Below, one piece after another: positions 27,501 through 36,142 of a stretch of DNA of 64,000 nucleotides. The notes below the pieces were generated by a model. The model made no database searches. It had not been told where the DNA came from and saw only the letters and a list, made by a program, of their open reading frames with translations. How positions within the stretch are numbered: position 1 is the first letter of the stretch; every line of letters starts with the position of its first letter. Source of the stretch: Alphaproteobacteria bacterium (lineage in GTDB: Bacteria; Pseudomonadota; Alphaproteobacteria; UBA2966); contig JASLXG010000048.1 of assembly GCA_030740435.1 (NCBI GenBank), positions 7,701-71,700 on the forward strand. The letters run 5' to 3'. The position numbers were made by a program, and so were the translations under genes.

Positions 27501-28088
27501 CTAGTTGGCGGCGTGGGCGTATGAACCCGGAACGGTGAAGCGCCAGACCCCGCCGGATGACCGGACGCGCAAATTGAGGCAGGCGGTGAGCTTGCGTTGA
27601 AAAAACAGTGCCTTGACCGGGTACCAGGCGGTTTTGGGGACGCTGACCAGCACCACCCCATCGTTTTGACAGGTGTGCCTGCCATCGTGCTCGTAGACCT
27701 GAACGCCGCCCAGCGCGACACGCAGGCCGTCGTTGGAATAGAACTCGAGCTCGTGGGTCCCCGCTTCGAGGCGCAAATAGCCTTCGATGAAGGCGACCAC
27801 GAGTTCCCTGGCATCCGAGGTCAGAACCGTGTCACCAGTGGCTGAATTGGCGTAGACGAATCCCGCCAGCGGCGTGCCCGGCTTGGTGTCGTCGGCCCAG
27901 ACCTCGGCTTCATCCAGCCACTTGACCTCGCGATAGGCGTAGGCGACGGCCAGTCCGGGCCGCAGCGAGCCGGCCTCGGGCTGCGGCTCGGCCGGGGCCA
28001 GGAGAATAGGCTCCGCCGCCCGGACCGGAAAGGCCAGCAGCAGGATCGCCGCCAAGGCGATGCGGACGGAAACGCCACTCTGGCGCAT
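27501..28088 (-). CDS. secreted hypothetical protein (PA14-like beta-sandwich suspected)
   Basis: Start trimmed to MRQSGVSVRIALAAILLLAFPVRAAEP, a signal peptide. No confident family assignment. Confidence 0.4.
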   Translation of the reverse strand: MRQSGVSVRIALAAILLLAFPVRAAEPILLAPAEPQPEAGSLRPGLAVAYAYREVKWLDEAEVWADDTKPGTPLAGFVYANSATGDTVLTSDARELVVAFIEGYLRLEAGTHELEFYSNDGLRVALGGVQVYEHDGRHTCQNDGVVLVSVPKTAWYPVKALFFQRKLTACLNLRVRSSGGVWRFTVPGSYAHAAN

Positions 28089-28134
28089 GGTTGTTCCCCC
28101 GGGGCAGGCAGGTCGATCCCACGACGATAGCCTG

Positions 28135-29178
28135 CTAATCGAGATGGCGCAGCAGGAAATCCCTGAGCTCACCCGAAGACTGCTCGAATTCCGGCGAATC
28201 GCGGAAAAAATAATCGCCGTGCGACACGCCTTCGTAGACGTTGAGGTCGGCCACCACACCGGCAACGCGCATCTTGCGGTGGACGCGGACCGTGTCGCTG
28301 AGGAAAAGGTCCCGCGTGCCGGTGACCAGGTAGGTGGGCGGGAAGCCCTTGAAGGAGCCATAGACGGGCGAGATCAGCGGCGTCTTCAGGTCACGGCCAT
28401 CGGCATAGAGCTTGGCGGCGCTCTCCAGGAGTCCGTGGTAGCTCACTAGCTTGTGGTCGATGCCCTCGTTGGTGTACAGGCTGTCGCCGGTTTTCGAGAG
28501 GTCGGCCCAGGGCGTCCCGGCCCAGAGCGCACCCGGCACCTCGAGGCCGAGTTCGATGAAGCGCTGCGTCGCCGCCAGGGTCAGCCCGCCGCCGGCCGAG
28601 GTGCCGCCAAGCGCCATCGACTTGGCCTGGCGTTCGGCAAGGAGCTCACGCCAGACCGCCACCACGTCGTCGACGGCGGCGGGAAAGGGATGATCGGGCG
28701 GCATGCGGTAGTCAATGGAGACCACCGGGATACGCCCCCGATGGGCGATCAGTACGGCTTCCAACAGGATGGCCTTGCCGGCGCCAATGACGTAGGCGCC
28801 ACCGTGCAAATGCACGAACAGGCGGCTCCGATTGGCCGGATCGATCCCGGCCGGCGTCGCCGTGCGCACGCTGACGCCGGCGATCTCCGCCTTGCCAATC
28901 GTCACCCCCCAACGCTTGGCACGGAACTTGGCTTCCGCCCCGCGGCGGGCATTGGCGGCCCGGATCCTGCGGCGGAAGTCCTTTCCCGGGACGACCGTGG
29001 TCTGGCGCACGTGCTTGGCCACGTCCGGCTGCGCCCTGTTGGCGATGCCCGCCCGGATCACCTCGCTGGCGCCAGCGGGAGCCGGCAGCGTGCGTGGCCC
29101 GATTGTCCAGGGTTCGTTTCCCGCCAGCGCCGCCGACCATGGCAGAGTGAAGAACAGGGCAGCCAGGAATGCTCTCAT
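28135..29178 (-). CDS. alpha/beta hydrolase fold-3 esterase/lipase, secreted
   Basis: Signal peptide MRAFLAALFFTLPWSAALA. HGGAY oxyanion motif and GTSAGGG nucleophile elbow. Confidence 0.7.
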   Translation of the reverse strand: MRAFLAALFFTLPWSAALAGNEPWTIGPRTLPAPAGASEVIRAGIANRAQPDVAKHVRQTTVVPGKDFRRRIRAANARRGAEAKFRAKRWGVTIGKAEIAGVSVRTATPAGIDPANRSRLFVHLHGGAYVIGAGKAILLEAVLIAHRGRIPVVSIDYRMPPDHPFPAAVDDVVAVWRELLAERQAKSMALGGTSAGGGLTLAATQRFIELGLEVPGALWAGTPWADLSKTGDSLYTNEGIDHKLVSYHGLLESAAKLYADGRDLKTPLISPVYGSFKGFPPTYLVTGTRDLFLSDTVRVHRKMRVAGVVADLNVYEGVSHGDYFFRDSPEFEQSSGELRDFLLRHLD

Positions 29179-29277
29179 TGTTCGCCGGACTCCCGGTTTC
29201 GAGGGCGTATGACAGGGTGCCCATCATGGGCCATACTTTCGGGCAATCGCAACGCTCCTTCTTATGGATGAATCCGC

Positions 29278-30837
29278 GTGCTGTTCAATACGGACGTCTT
29301 CATTTTTTTGTTCCTGCCCGGCACCCTGGTCGGATTCTTCCTGCTTGGACGACTGGGTAACGAACGGGCCTCGCTGCTCTGGCTGGTGGCGGCGTCATTA
29401 TTCTATTACGGCTGGTGGAACCCGATCTATCTGCTGCTGGTGGGCGGATCGATGGCGGTCAATTATACCCTTGGCCAGTATATCAGCGGCGCCCGGGAGG
29501 CGGAGGCCGCGAAGCGGGCGCGCCATATTCTGATCGGCGGTATCGTCTTCAATCTCGGCCTGCTGGCCTATTTCAAGTACGCCAATTTCTTTCTCGACAG
29601 CATCGGCCATCTGACCGGCAGCACGCTTTCCGTGGGCGAAGTGCTGCTGCCGATCGGCATCTCGTTTTTCACCTTCCAGCAGATCGCCTATCTGGTGGAC
29701 ACCGCCAAGGGCGACGTGGGGCGCTATGATTTCGTCGAATACAGCCTGTTCGTGCTGTTCTTTCCCCAACTGATCGCCGGCCCCATCGTCCATCACAAGG
29801 AAATGCTGCCCCAGTTCGCCACCGCCCATACTTACCGGCCTGATCTCAGAAACCTCAGCGTCGGCGGTTCCATCTTCGCTATCGGTCTATTCAAGAAAGT
29901 GGTGCTGGCCGACAACCTGGCCATGGTGGCGACACCGGTATTCGCCAGTGCCGAAGGCGGCGCCACGCTCGACTTCTTCGCCGCCTGGCAAGGCACTTTC
30001 TGTTACGGCTTGCAGCTCTATTTCGATTTTTCCGGCTATTCCGACATGGCCATCGGCGCCGCCCGCATGTTCGGAATTCGCCTGCCCATCAATTTCAATT
30101 CGCCCTATCAGGCGACCGGCATTATCGATTTCTGGCGGCGCTGGCATCTGACGCTGTCGCGCTTTCTGCGCGACTATCTCTATATCGCGCTGGGCGGCAG
30201 CCGGCGCGGCAAGACGCGGCGCTACGTCAATCTGATGGCGACGATGGTGCTGGGCGGACTGTGGCACGGGGCGGGTTGGAATTTCCTGCTCTGGGGCTTT
30301 TTGCACGGCCTCTTTCTGGTGCTCAATCATCTCTGGCGCGCGCTTTGGGGCCGGCCCAGCGAGAATCCCTTGCTGCGCACCCTGGCACGACTTTTCACCC
30401 TGCTCGTGGTGACGCTGGCCTGGGTGCCGTTTCGGGCCCAGACCATGGACGGTGCCCTGGCGGTCTATCGCGGCATGATCAACCTGCCGGCGGAATGGGC
30501 CACGGTCGGACCACTGGCGCTGTTGCAATCGCTGGGCTTCAGTTTTGCCGGGCCGGCGGTGAGCCAGGCCAATCTGGAATCCCTGGTCTGGCTGGTGGGC
30601 TGGCTGATCGTGCTCTGGCAGGCGCCCAATACCCAGCAATTGATGGCGCGATACGAGCCGGCTTATGAGTTCGATGAAGAGAAAATGGCCGAGGACCCGG
30701 TACCGCCGCTGTTGCGGGGCAGATGGCCCCTCTTTTGGCGGCCGGGACTGGGCTGGGCCCTGGCCATCGGTGTGATGTTTGCCTTGGCGCTCTTGAACCT
30801 CAACCGCGTCAGCGAATTCCTCTATTACCAGTTCTGA
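29278..30837 (+). CDS. MBOAT family membrane-bound O-acyltransferase (AlgI/DltB/PatA-like)
   Basis: GTG start. Multi-pass membrane protein with MBOAT core including the conserved His region (GLWHGAGWNFLLWGFLHG). Confidence 0.85.
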   Translation: MLFNTDVFIFLFLPGTLVGFFLLGRLGNERASLLWLVAASLFYYGWWNPIYLLLVGGSMAVNYTLGQYISGAREAEAAKRARHILIGGIVFNLGLLAYFKYANFFLDSIGHLTGSTLSVGEVLLPIGISFFTFQQIAYLVDTAKGDVGRYDFVEYSLFVLFFPQLIAGPIVHHKEMLPQFATAHTYRPDLRNLSVGGSIFAIGLFKKVVLADNLAMVATPVFASAEGGATLDFFAAWQGTFCYGLQLYFDFSGYSDMAIGAARMFGIRLPINFNSPYQATGIIDFWRRWHLTLSRFLRDYLYIALGGSRRGKTRRYVNLMATMVLGGLWHGAGWNFLLWGFLHGLFLVLNHLWRALWGRPSENPLLRTLARLFTLLVVTLAWVPFRAQTMDGALAVYRGMINLPAEWATVGPLALLQSLGFSFAGPAVSQANLESLVWLVGWLIVLWQAPNTQQLMARYEPAYEFDEEKMAEDPVPPLLRGRWPLFWRPGLGWALAIGVMFALALLNLNRVSEFLYYQF

Positions 30838-30846
30838 GGACAGCCG

Positions 30847-32109
30847 ATGAATGGCGACAAAAAATTCCTCATCGGCGTGGTGGCCGTGGTCATCGCCCTG
30901 GCGCTGGTCTCGGCGGCCGTGAACCTGGTCATCGACCCCTATGGCGTCCATCGTCTGGTCGAGATCGAGGGCTTCAACGCGGTCAAGCCTTCGGCCCAAG
31001 GCAATCTGCGGCTGGCCAAGGCCTACAACATCACCAGCCAGAGCCCCGAAGGCGTGCTGCTGGGCAATTCCCGGGTCGAGCAGGGCTTCAATCCGGCCGG
31101 CGCCTCGGTGCGTTTCCACCGCTCGATCTACAATGCCGGCCTGCCCGGATCGACGATCTACGAGAACTATCGCTATCTCCAGCATGCGGCGCGCTTGGGC
31201 ACCCTGAAGGTGGCGGTGCTGGGGCTGGATATCTTTGCCTTCAACACCAACATGTTCCGCCAGGCCTCGAACTTCAGCGAGGGCCGCCTGGCGGTACAGT
31301 TGGACGGCCAAATCACGCGGCTTTGGAACCTCGCCCGATTTCGCGATCTGCATCAGATCTATGTGGCCTGGCCGACGCTGATGAAGTCGATCGCCACGGT
31401 GATGGATCAAGACGAGCCCTGGGCCTCGACCCGCACCATGCTGGGCTTCAATCCGGTCAGGGAAGGCGACGAATATGCCAAGGTAAAAAGCTATTGGCGC
31501 AGCTTTCGCAAACAAAACCGCAAGCATATTCGGCTGTTGCAGGCACATCCCATGAATTTCGGGCCGACCGCCGGCTGGCCCAACGGCTCGATGGTCTATT
31601 TCGAACGCCTGGTGGCCTTCTGCCGAGCCAAGAACATAAAGCTGATGCTGGCCATCCATCCCTATCACGCCCACATGCTCGAAGTGTTGCATGGCTCGGG
31701 CGCCTGGCCGGTGTTCGAATCCTGGAAGCGTGAACTGGTCGCCGTGCTGGCCTCGGACCGGGCCCGCCACCCCGGGGCGGTGGAATTCGAGCTTTGGGAT
31801 TTCAGCGGCTACAACTCCATCACCACGGAAAAGGTACCGCCGCAAGGCAGCACGCAAGTGACCAAATGGTACTGGGGATCGTCCCACTACAAACAGTCCG
31901 TCAGCCCGCTGATGGGACAGCGCGCCTTCGACTATGGCGACCTGGCACCGGTCCCGGCCGACTTCGGTATCCTGCTCAGGCCCAACAACCTGGAAACCCA
32001 CATGCAGGGCTTCGCCGCCCGGCGCCAGGCCTATCGCCAGGCCCGGCCCAAAGAGATGGCGGACATCCAGCGCCTGTTCGCACAGGAGAGGCACCGGCGC
32101 GGGCGATGA
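30847..32109 (+). CDS. membrane-anchored periplasmic protein encoded directly after the MBOAT gene; putative acyl-transfer partner (AlgJ/DltD/PatB-like role)
   Basis: Single N-terminal TM anchor (FLIGVVAVVIALALVSAAVNLVI), then a ~390-aa soluble domain. Function is inferred from gene context only. Confidence 0.45.
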   Translation: MNGDKKFLIGVVAVVIALALVSAAVNLVIDPYGVHRLVEIEGFNAVKPSAQGNLRLAKAYNITSQSPEGVLLGNSRVEQGFNPAGASVRFHRSIYNAGLPGSTIYENYRYLQHAARLGTLKVAVLGLDIFAFNTNMFRQASNFSEGRLAVQLDGQITRLWNLARFRDLHQIYVAWPTLMKSIATVMDQDEPWASTRTMLGFNPVREGDEYAKVKSYWRSFRKQNRKHIRLLQAHPMNFGPTAGWPNGSMVYFERLVAFCRAKNIKLMLAIHPYHAHMLEVLHGSGAWPVFESWKRELVAVLASDRARHPGAVEFELWDFSGYNSITTEKVPPQGSTQVTKWYWGSSHYKQSVSPLMGQRAFDYGDLAPVPADFGILLRPNNLETHMQGFAARRQAYRQARPKEMADIQRLFAQERHRRGR

Positions 32110-32127
32110 CCCGGTGACAAATCCGGA

Positions 32128-33852
32128 CTACCCATCCCGGCCCTCGAAGGCAGCAAACTCGCTCATGAAGGGGGCGGCAATGTCGGCGTTGATCTTGCAG
32201 TCCAGGAAGATCGGCCCCTGAGGGTCGTTCAGCAAAGGGGCGACGGCGCCCAAGTCGTCCAGGGTGCGTATGGTCGCTGCCTGGAAACCGAACGCTTCGG
32301 CGACAGGGGCAAAATCGACGTCCGGAAACAGCGACTTTTCGACAGGCTGCTGATGCGCCCGAAGCAGATGCAGCTCGGCCCCGTAGGCACAATCATTCAT
32401 CAACACCACGATGAGGGGAAGATCTTCGCGGGCCGCGGTATCAAGCTCGCTCATGGTCATGACGAAGGCACCGTCGCCGATGATCAGCACCGTCGTCGTC
32501 TCCGGCCGCGCCTTGGCGACGCCCAGCGCTGTACCGAAGCCGAGGCCGATGGAGGCGAATTCATTGGTCATTTTGAAATGCCCCGGTCCGGGCGTCGTGA
32601 GGTAAGGAACCACGCCCAGGAAATTGCCCCCGTCATAGATCAGTTGGCGCTGGGCCGGCAAAAGCCGGTCGAGCTCAATGGCCAGGGAGCGCGGATCGAC
32701 GGTGCGGGCGGTGGGGGCGGCCGAGAAATCGGTGGCGATGTCAAAATCGGCAAGACTTTGCCGCACCTCGCCGGAGTGGAAGGGCTTTTCGGCCGGCGAC
32801 CGGGTCGGCACCGCCTCCAGGATCTGTTCCGCCACGACACGGGCATCGCCGACCAGAGCAACATCGGCGTTGGTCCAGCGGCCAATATTGCTGCGCACCT
32901 GATCCACTTGAACCAGCGGCGCGGCGGGCAGGGCATTACCGAAACTCATGGTCAGGAAGTTCAGGCCGGCGCCAAAAACCAGCACGCAATCGGCTTCGGC
33001 CACATAGCGCCGCCCCAATGAATGGGAGAAGGAACCCAGGATGCCCAGGTTGTTGGGGTTGCCCCGGAACATGTCCTTGCCCCGGGCCGTGGTAATCAGC
33101 AAGGCGCCGATTTTGTCAGCCAGGCTTTCCAGCGTCGGCCCCGCCTCCGCCAGATGGGCGCCCCAACCGGCAACGATCAGGGGCCGTTGGCTGGCTGCCA
33201 GCAGGCCGATGGTGGTGGCGATGCCCGGCGGCCGGGCCCCGGCGCCGAGCCTTGAGGGTGGCTGGGCGATGGGCTTTTGGTCATCCTGCACCTCGAGATC
33301 GGCAAGCTGAACGTCAGTGGGCAGGTGGAGCGTTATCAACCGGCCCCGCATGGCCATCGCCACGGCATCGGCAAGCGCCGTCCGGGCGGCCCGGGGCGTG
33401 GTGGGAAAGTAGGCCTGCAAGCCGGCGGCGGTGAAGACGCCACGGGAATCAAAGGTCTTGTAATCGGGCCCGATGCTGTTCGGCCCGCCGCCGCCCACCG
33501 GCGCCTCGCCGTAAATGAGCAGGACCTTCGAGCCCGTCCGCGAGGCACTGACGGCCCCGTGCAGCCCATTCGCCGCGGCCGGCCCGCGGCCGATGACGGC
33601 GACGCCCAGCCGGCCGGAGGCGGCGGCATAACCTTCGGCCATGGCGATGGCGCTGTTCTCGTGCCGGGCGCCCAAAAAGGGGATGCCGATGGCGTCGATC
33701 TCCGTCGCCAGCATCGCCGTGTCGTCGCTCATCAGGCCGAATACCGTATCGACACCAAGATTCTTGAGGTCGTGGGCCAGCGCCTCATAGGTAGGTATGG
33801 AGCGCCCTGTCCCAGTGCCGCTGGCGGCACTATCTTTTGCCGATTTGTTCAT
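32128..33852 (-). CDS. thiamine-pyrophosphate-dependent enzyme (acetolactate synthase large subunit/benzoylformate decarboxylase family)
   Basis: 575 aa. Start trimmed to MNKSAKDS, which follows a GGGGGGAA RBS. TPP-binding motif IIGDGAFVMTMSELDTA...NDCAYG. Confidence 0.8.
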   Translation of the reverse strand: MNKSAKDSAASGTGTGRSIPTYEALAHDLKNLGVDTVFGLMSDDTAMLATEIDAIGIPFLGARHENSAIAMAEGYAAASGRLGVAVIGRGPAAANGLHGAVSASRTGSKVLLIYGEAPVGGGGPNSIGPDYKTFDSRGVFTAAGLQAYFPTTPRAARTALADAVAMAMRGRLITLHLPTDVQLADLEVQDDQKPIAQPPSRLGAGARPPGIATTIGLLAASQRPLIVAGWGAHLAEAGPTLESLADKIGALLITTARGKDMFRGNPNNLGILGSFSHSLGRRYVAEADCVLVFGAGLNFLTMSFGNALPAAPLVQVDQVRSNIGRWTNADVALVGDARVVAEQILEAVPTRSPAEKPFHSGEVRQSLADFDIATDFSAAPTARTVDPRSLAIELDRLLPAQRQLIYDGGNFLGVVPYLTTPGPGHFKMTNEFASIGLGFGTALGVAKARPETTTVLIIGDGAFVMTMSELDTAAREDLPLIVVLMNDCAYGAELHLLRAHQQPVEKSLFPDVDFAPVAEAFGFQAATIRTLDDLGAVAPLLNDPQGPIFLDCKINADIAAPFMSEFAAFEGRDG

Positions 33853-33969
33853 TTCCCCCCCGTCGCGTTCGCCTTTGCCTGGCACGATCTGCGCAACTGC
33901 CAGCGCGACCATCCGCGGGCAGGCTAGCACAATCACGTCGCTTCGGCCCCGCCCCCGGTCACGGATGAT

Positions 33970-35292
33970 CTATGGCCGATTGCCAGACCTGAATTTCTGC
34001 CGCAATTCGTCGGCGAGATCTCGAAGATGAATTGTTTCATCCGCCAAGTCCTCAAAGGCAAAAGGATTCAGAAATTGGCGGCCCCAGAATAGATTTCCAT
34101 CGGCATCGCTAAGTTCGGCGGCCTGGCAAACCTTGGCCCAATTCTCGCCGATACCAATCATCTGTTTTTCGATGATGGCGACAGCTTCTTCAATCGAGAG
34201 CTGGAACAAATGGGCGGCTTCCAAGCAGGCGGAGATTCGGCTCATGCGATTGTCACCAGATATCAACATGGCTTGAGAAGCCTCGTTGCCGGAACGCCCC
34301 TGCGGGCAAATGTCATAGGCGGGGGTTAGGGTCAGTATTTCGCCGTCCCAGAAGGCGGCGTGGTTGCGCGCATGGTCATCGGTATTACCGCTGAGGATGT
34401 TAAACGTCATCCGGCCAAAGAGTTCCCTTAAGCTTGCGGGCGCATCGCTGAATCTGTGGCGGACAATTTCCGCCAAGTCCTCATAGCTGGCGTAACGGGC
34501 CATCATCTCATCGAGTTCAAAGAGGGTCAGGGCCGAGACCATGCTTTTGCGTTGCCACCCCTGCGCTGACAGCACGCGGTCAAACCGTTCAATCAGCAGC
34601 ACGTCCTTGCTAGCGGTCTTCTTAAGCGTCACCGGTGCGACGCTCAGGCCGACAATGTGGGCCAAGCGCATGGCGACAAACTCGCCTTTGACTACGCTAT
34701 GGAGGTCCGAGCTGGAGGAAAACTTGGCGATAAATTTCTTCTTGTGATCCTCGACAAGCGCTTTCGGACGGGCCCCGCCAATCGAACTTCCATAGTGCAG
34801 GGCTTGATCAAGTTCAGCAGTCAGGGGAATGCCTTTCTCGACGCGTTCGGCGGCCTCGAGCAGCTCGTCCAGCGACGCGTTTGTCGGCGAACGGGGGACG
34901 TATTCACTGGGAGAGCGCTGAAAATCCAAAGCGCCAATACGGTCGGAGCCAGATTCCAGCAGGTAGGTCAACTCGTCGAGTTGGTTGTCGGTAACATTTT
35001 TCCCCTGGCGGCTCAGCTTCCTGTTGATGATGACGCGCCGTCCCCACGCATCGGGAGCACCGTCTCGGATGCAGTTGGGCAGGGAAAGGCCGGGGAGCAG
35101 GGGAATCATCCCCGCTTGCAACGGCAGTTCCGGCTCATGGATTGGCATGGCGTTGTCGCGTTCCAGATAGCTTTTACCGTAGTTGAACAGCAACACCTCG
35201 CCTTCGGCAAATAGCCGACCGGCGACCACCGGCTGCGTCTCTGCCGGCAGCCAAATCCAGACATAAGCCTCGGTGTAGCCGTTAGAAGTCAT
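33970..35292 (-). CDS. hipA: type II toxin HipA family serine/threonine kinase
   Basis: 440 aa with HipA N-terminal and C-terminal kinase-like regions (GARPKALV, DDHARNHAAFWDGEILTLTPAYDI). Confidence 0.85.
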   Translation of the reverse strand: MTSNGYTEAYVWIWLPAETQPVVAGRLFAEGEVLLFNYGKSYLERDNAMPIHEPELPLQAGMIPLLPGLSLPNCIRDGAPDAWGRRVIINRKLSRQGKNVTDNQLDELTYLLESGSDRIGALDFQRSPSEYVPRSPTNASLDELLEAAERVEKGIPLTAELDQALHYGSSIGGARPKALVEDHKKKFIAKFSSSSDLHSVVKGEFVAMRLAHIVGLSVAPVTLKKTASKDVLLIERFDRVLSAQGWQRKSMVSALTLFELDEMMARYASYEDLAEIVRHRFSDAPASLRELFGRMTFNILSGNTDDHARNHAAFWDGEILTLTPAYDICPQGRSGNEASQAMLISGDNRMSRISACLEAAHLFQLSIEEAVAIIEKQMIGIGENWAKVCQAAELSDADGNLFWGRQFLNPFAFEDLADETIHLRDLADELRQKFRSGNRP

Positions 35293-35620
35293 CTTCTACG
35301 ACCCTTCGCGGCTTATGGGTGCTTTTGGGGAGCAGGGCCAGCTTTTCGTCTGCCAGCTTGGTGTGCCTGGTCAGCGTCGATTTTTCGGCATCGAACAGCG
35401 TGACGCCAACAATCGTTGCCACTTCGAAGACGAGGCCGATTTCACACTTGAGGTCACCGTTTTCGATCTTGCGCAGCGTGTAACGCGTGATGCCCGCCCG
35501 ATCCGCCACGTCCTCTGCGGTCAGCTTGCGTTCTTTCCGGCCCAGCCTAATGAGCTTGCCGAGCAGCGCGGCGGCTTCCTTGCTGTAGCGCGAATATGCT
35601 CGCGATTTTGTCCGCCCCAT
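35282..35620 (-). CDS. hipB: HipB-like XRE-family HTH antitoxin
   Basis: 113 aa from the ATG of MGRTKSRAY. HTH motif LTAEDVADRAGITRYTLRKIENG. Overlaps hipA by 11 bp. Confidence 0.75.
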   Translation of the reverse strand: MGRTKSRAYSRYSKEAAALLGKLIRLGRKERKLTAEDVADRAGITRYTLRKIENGDLKCEIGLVFEVATIVGVTLFDAEKSTLTRHTKLADEKLALLPKSTHKPRRVVEDDF

Positions 35621-35632
35621 AGCTTTACTCGA

Positions 35633-35767
35633 ATGGTTACTGTAACGACCATATTTCCCAAATATGGTCGTTACAGTAATCATTCTAATGCCAAGCGTTG
35701 ATAGCGTCAAACACAAATGATTACCGTGGTAACCATTTTTTTGAATATGGTTAATCAGGTGACCATC
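35633..35767. promoter_or_regulatory. four 20-bp palindromic operator-like boxes (ATGGTTAC-N4-GTAACCAT consensus) bracketing a sigma70-like promoter upstream of hipBA
   Basis: Boxes at 35633-35652, 35664-35683, 35717-35736 and 35748-35767. Boxes 1-2 form a near-perfect 54-bp palindrome. On the minus strand, TTGACG (35705-35710), a 17-bp spacer and TAGAAT (35682-35687) lie between boxes 2 and 3. Confidence 0.55.
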
Positions 35768-35808
35768 GCCCACGACGTCCGCTCAAGTTCGCGAGCAACG
35801 CAAACGCT

Positions 35809-36138
35809 TCAGCCCCCGGCGCAGTCGATACAAAGCGGCACCGCCGGATCGAGCTCCAAGCGCGCCGGTTCGATCTCCTCGCCGCAGCGCAGGCAGTCGC
35901 CGAATTCGTCGGCTGCCAGGCGGGCCAGCGCGGCGTCGATGCGGCGGATTTCCTGGCCGCGGCGGCGATCGGTTTCCAGCGACATGGCCTGAACCTGCAG
36001 CGCGTCCATGCGCGAGAGCCGGCCGACGCGGGACTGGTCGAGCTCGACGGGGGCCCGTGCGGCGTCCGAGGCGGCGGCTATCTCGACCAACTCCTGGCGC
36101 CTTTGCTCAAGGCGGGCTTTGGCCTTGGCGGCTTTCAT
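35809..36138 (-). CDS. DksA/TraR family C4-type zinc-finger protein
   Basis: C-terminal CLRCGEEI...CIDCA four-Cys finger and an N-terminal coiled-coil-like region. Confidence 0.8.
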   Translation of the reverse strand: MKAAKAKARLEQRRQELVEIAAASDAARAPVELDQSRVGRLSRMDALQVQAMSLETDRRRGQEIRRIDAALARLAADEFGDCLRCGEEIEPARLELDPAVPLCIDCAGG

Positions 36139-36142
36139 CCGC

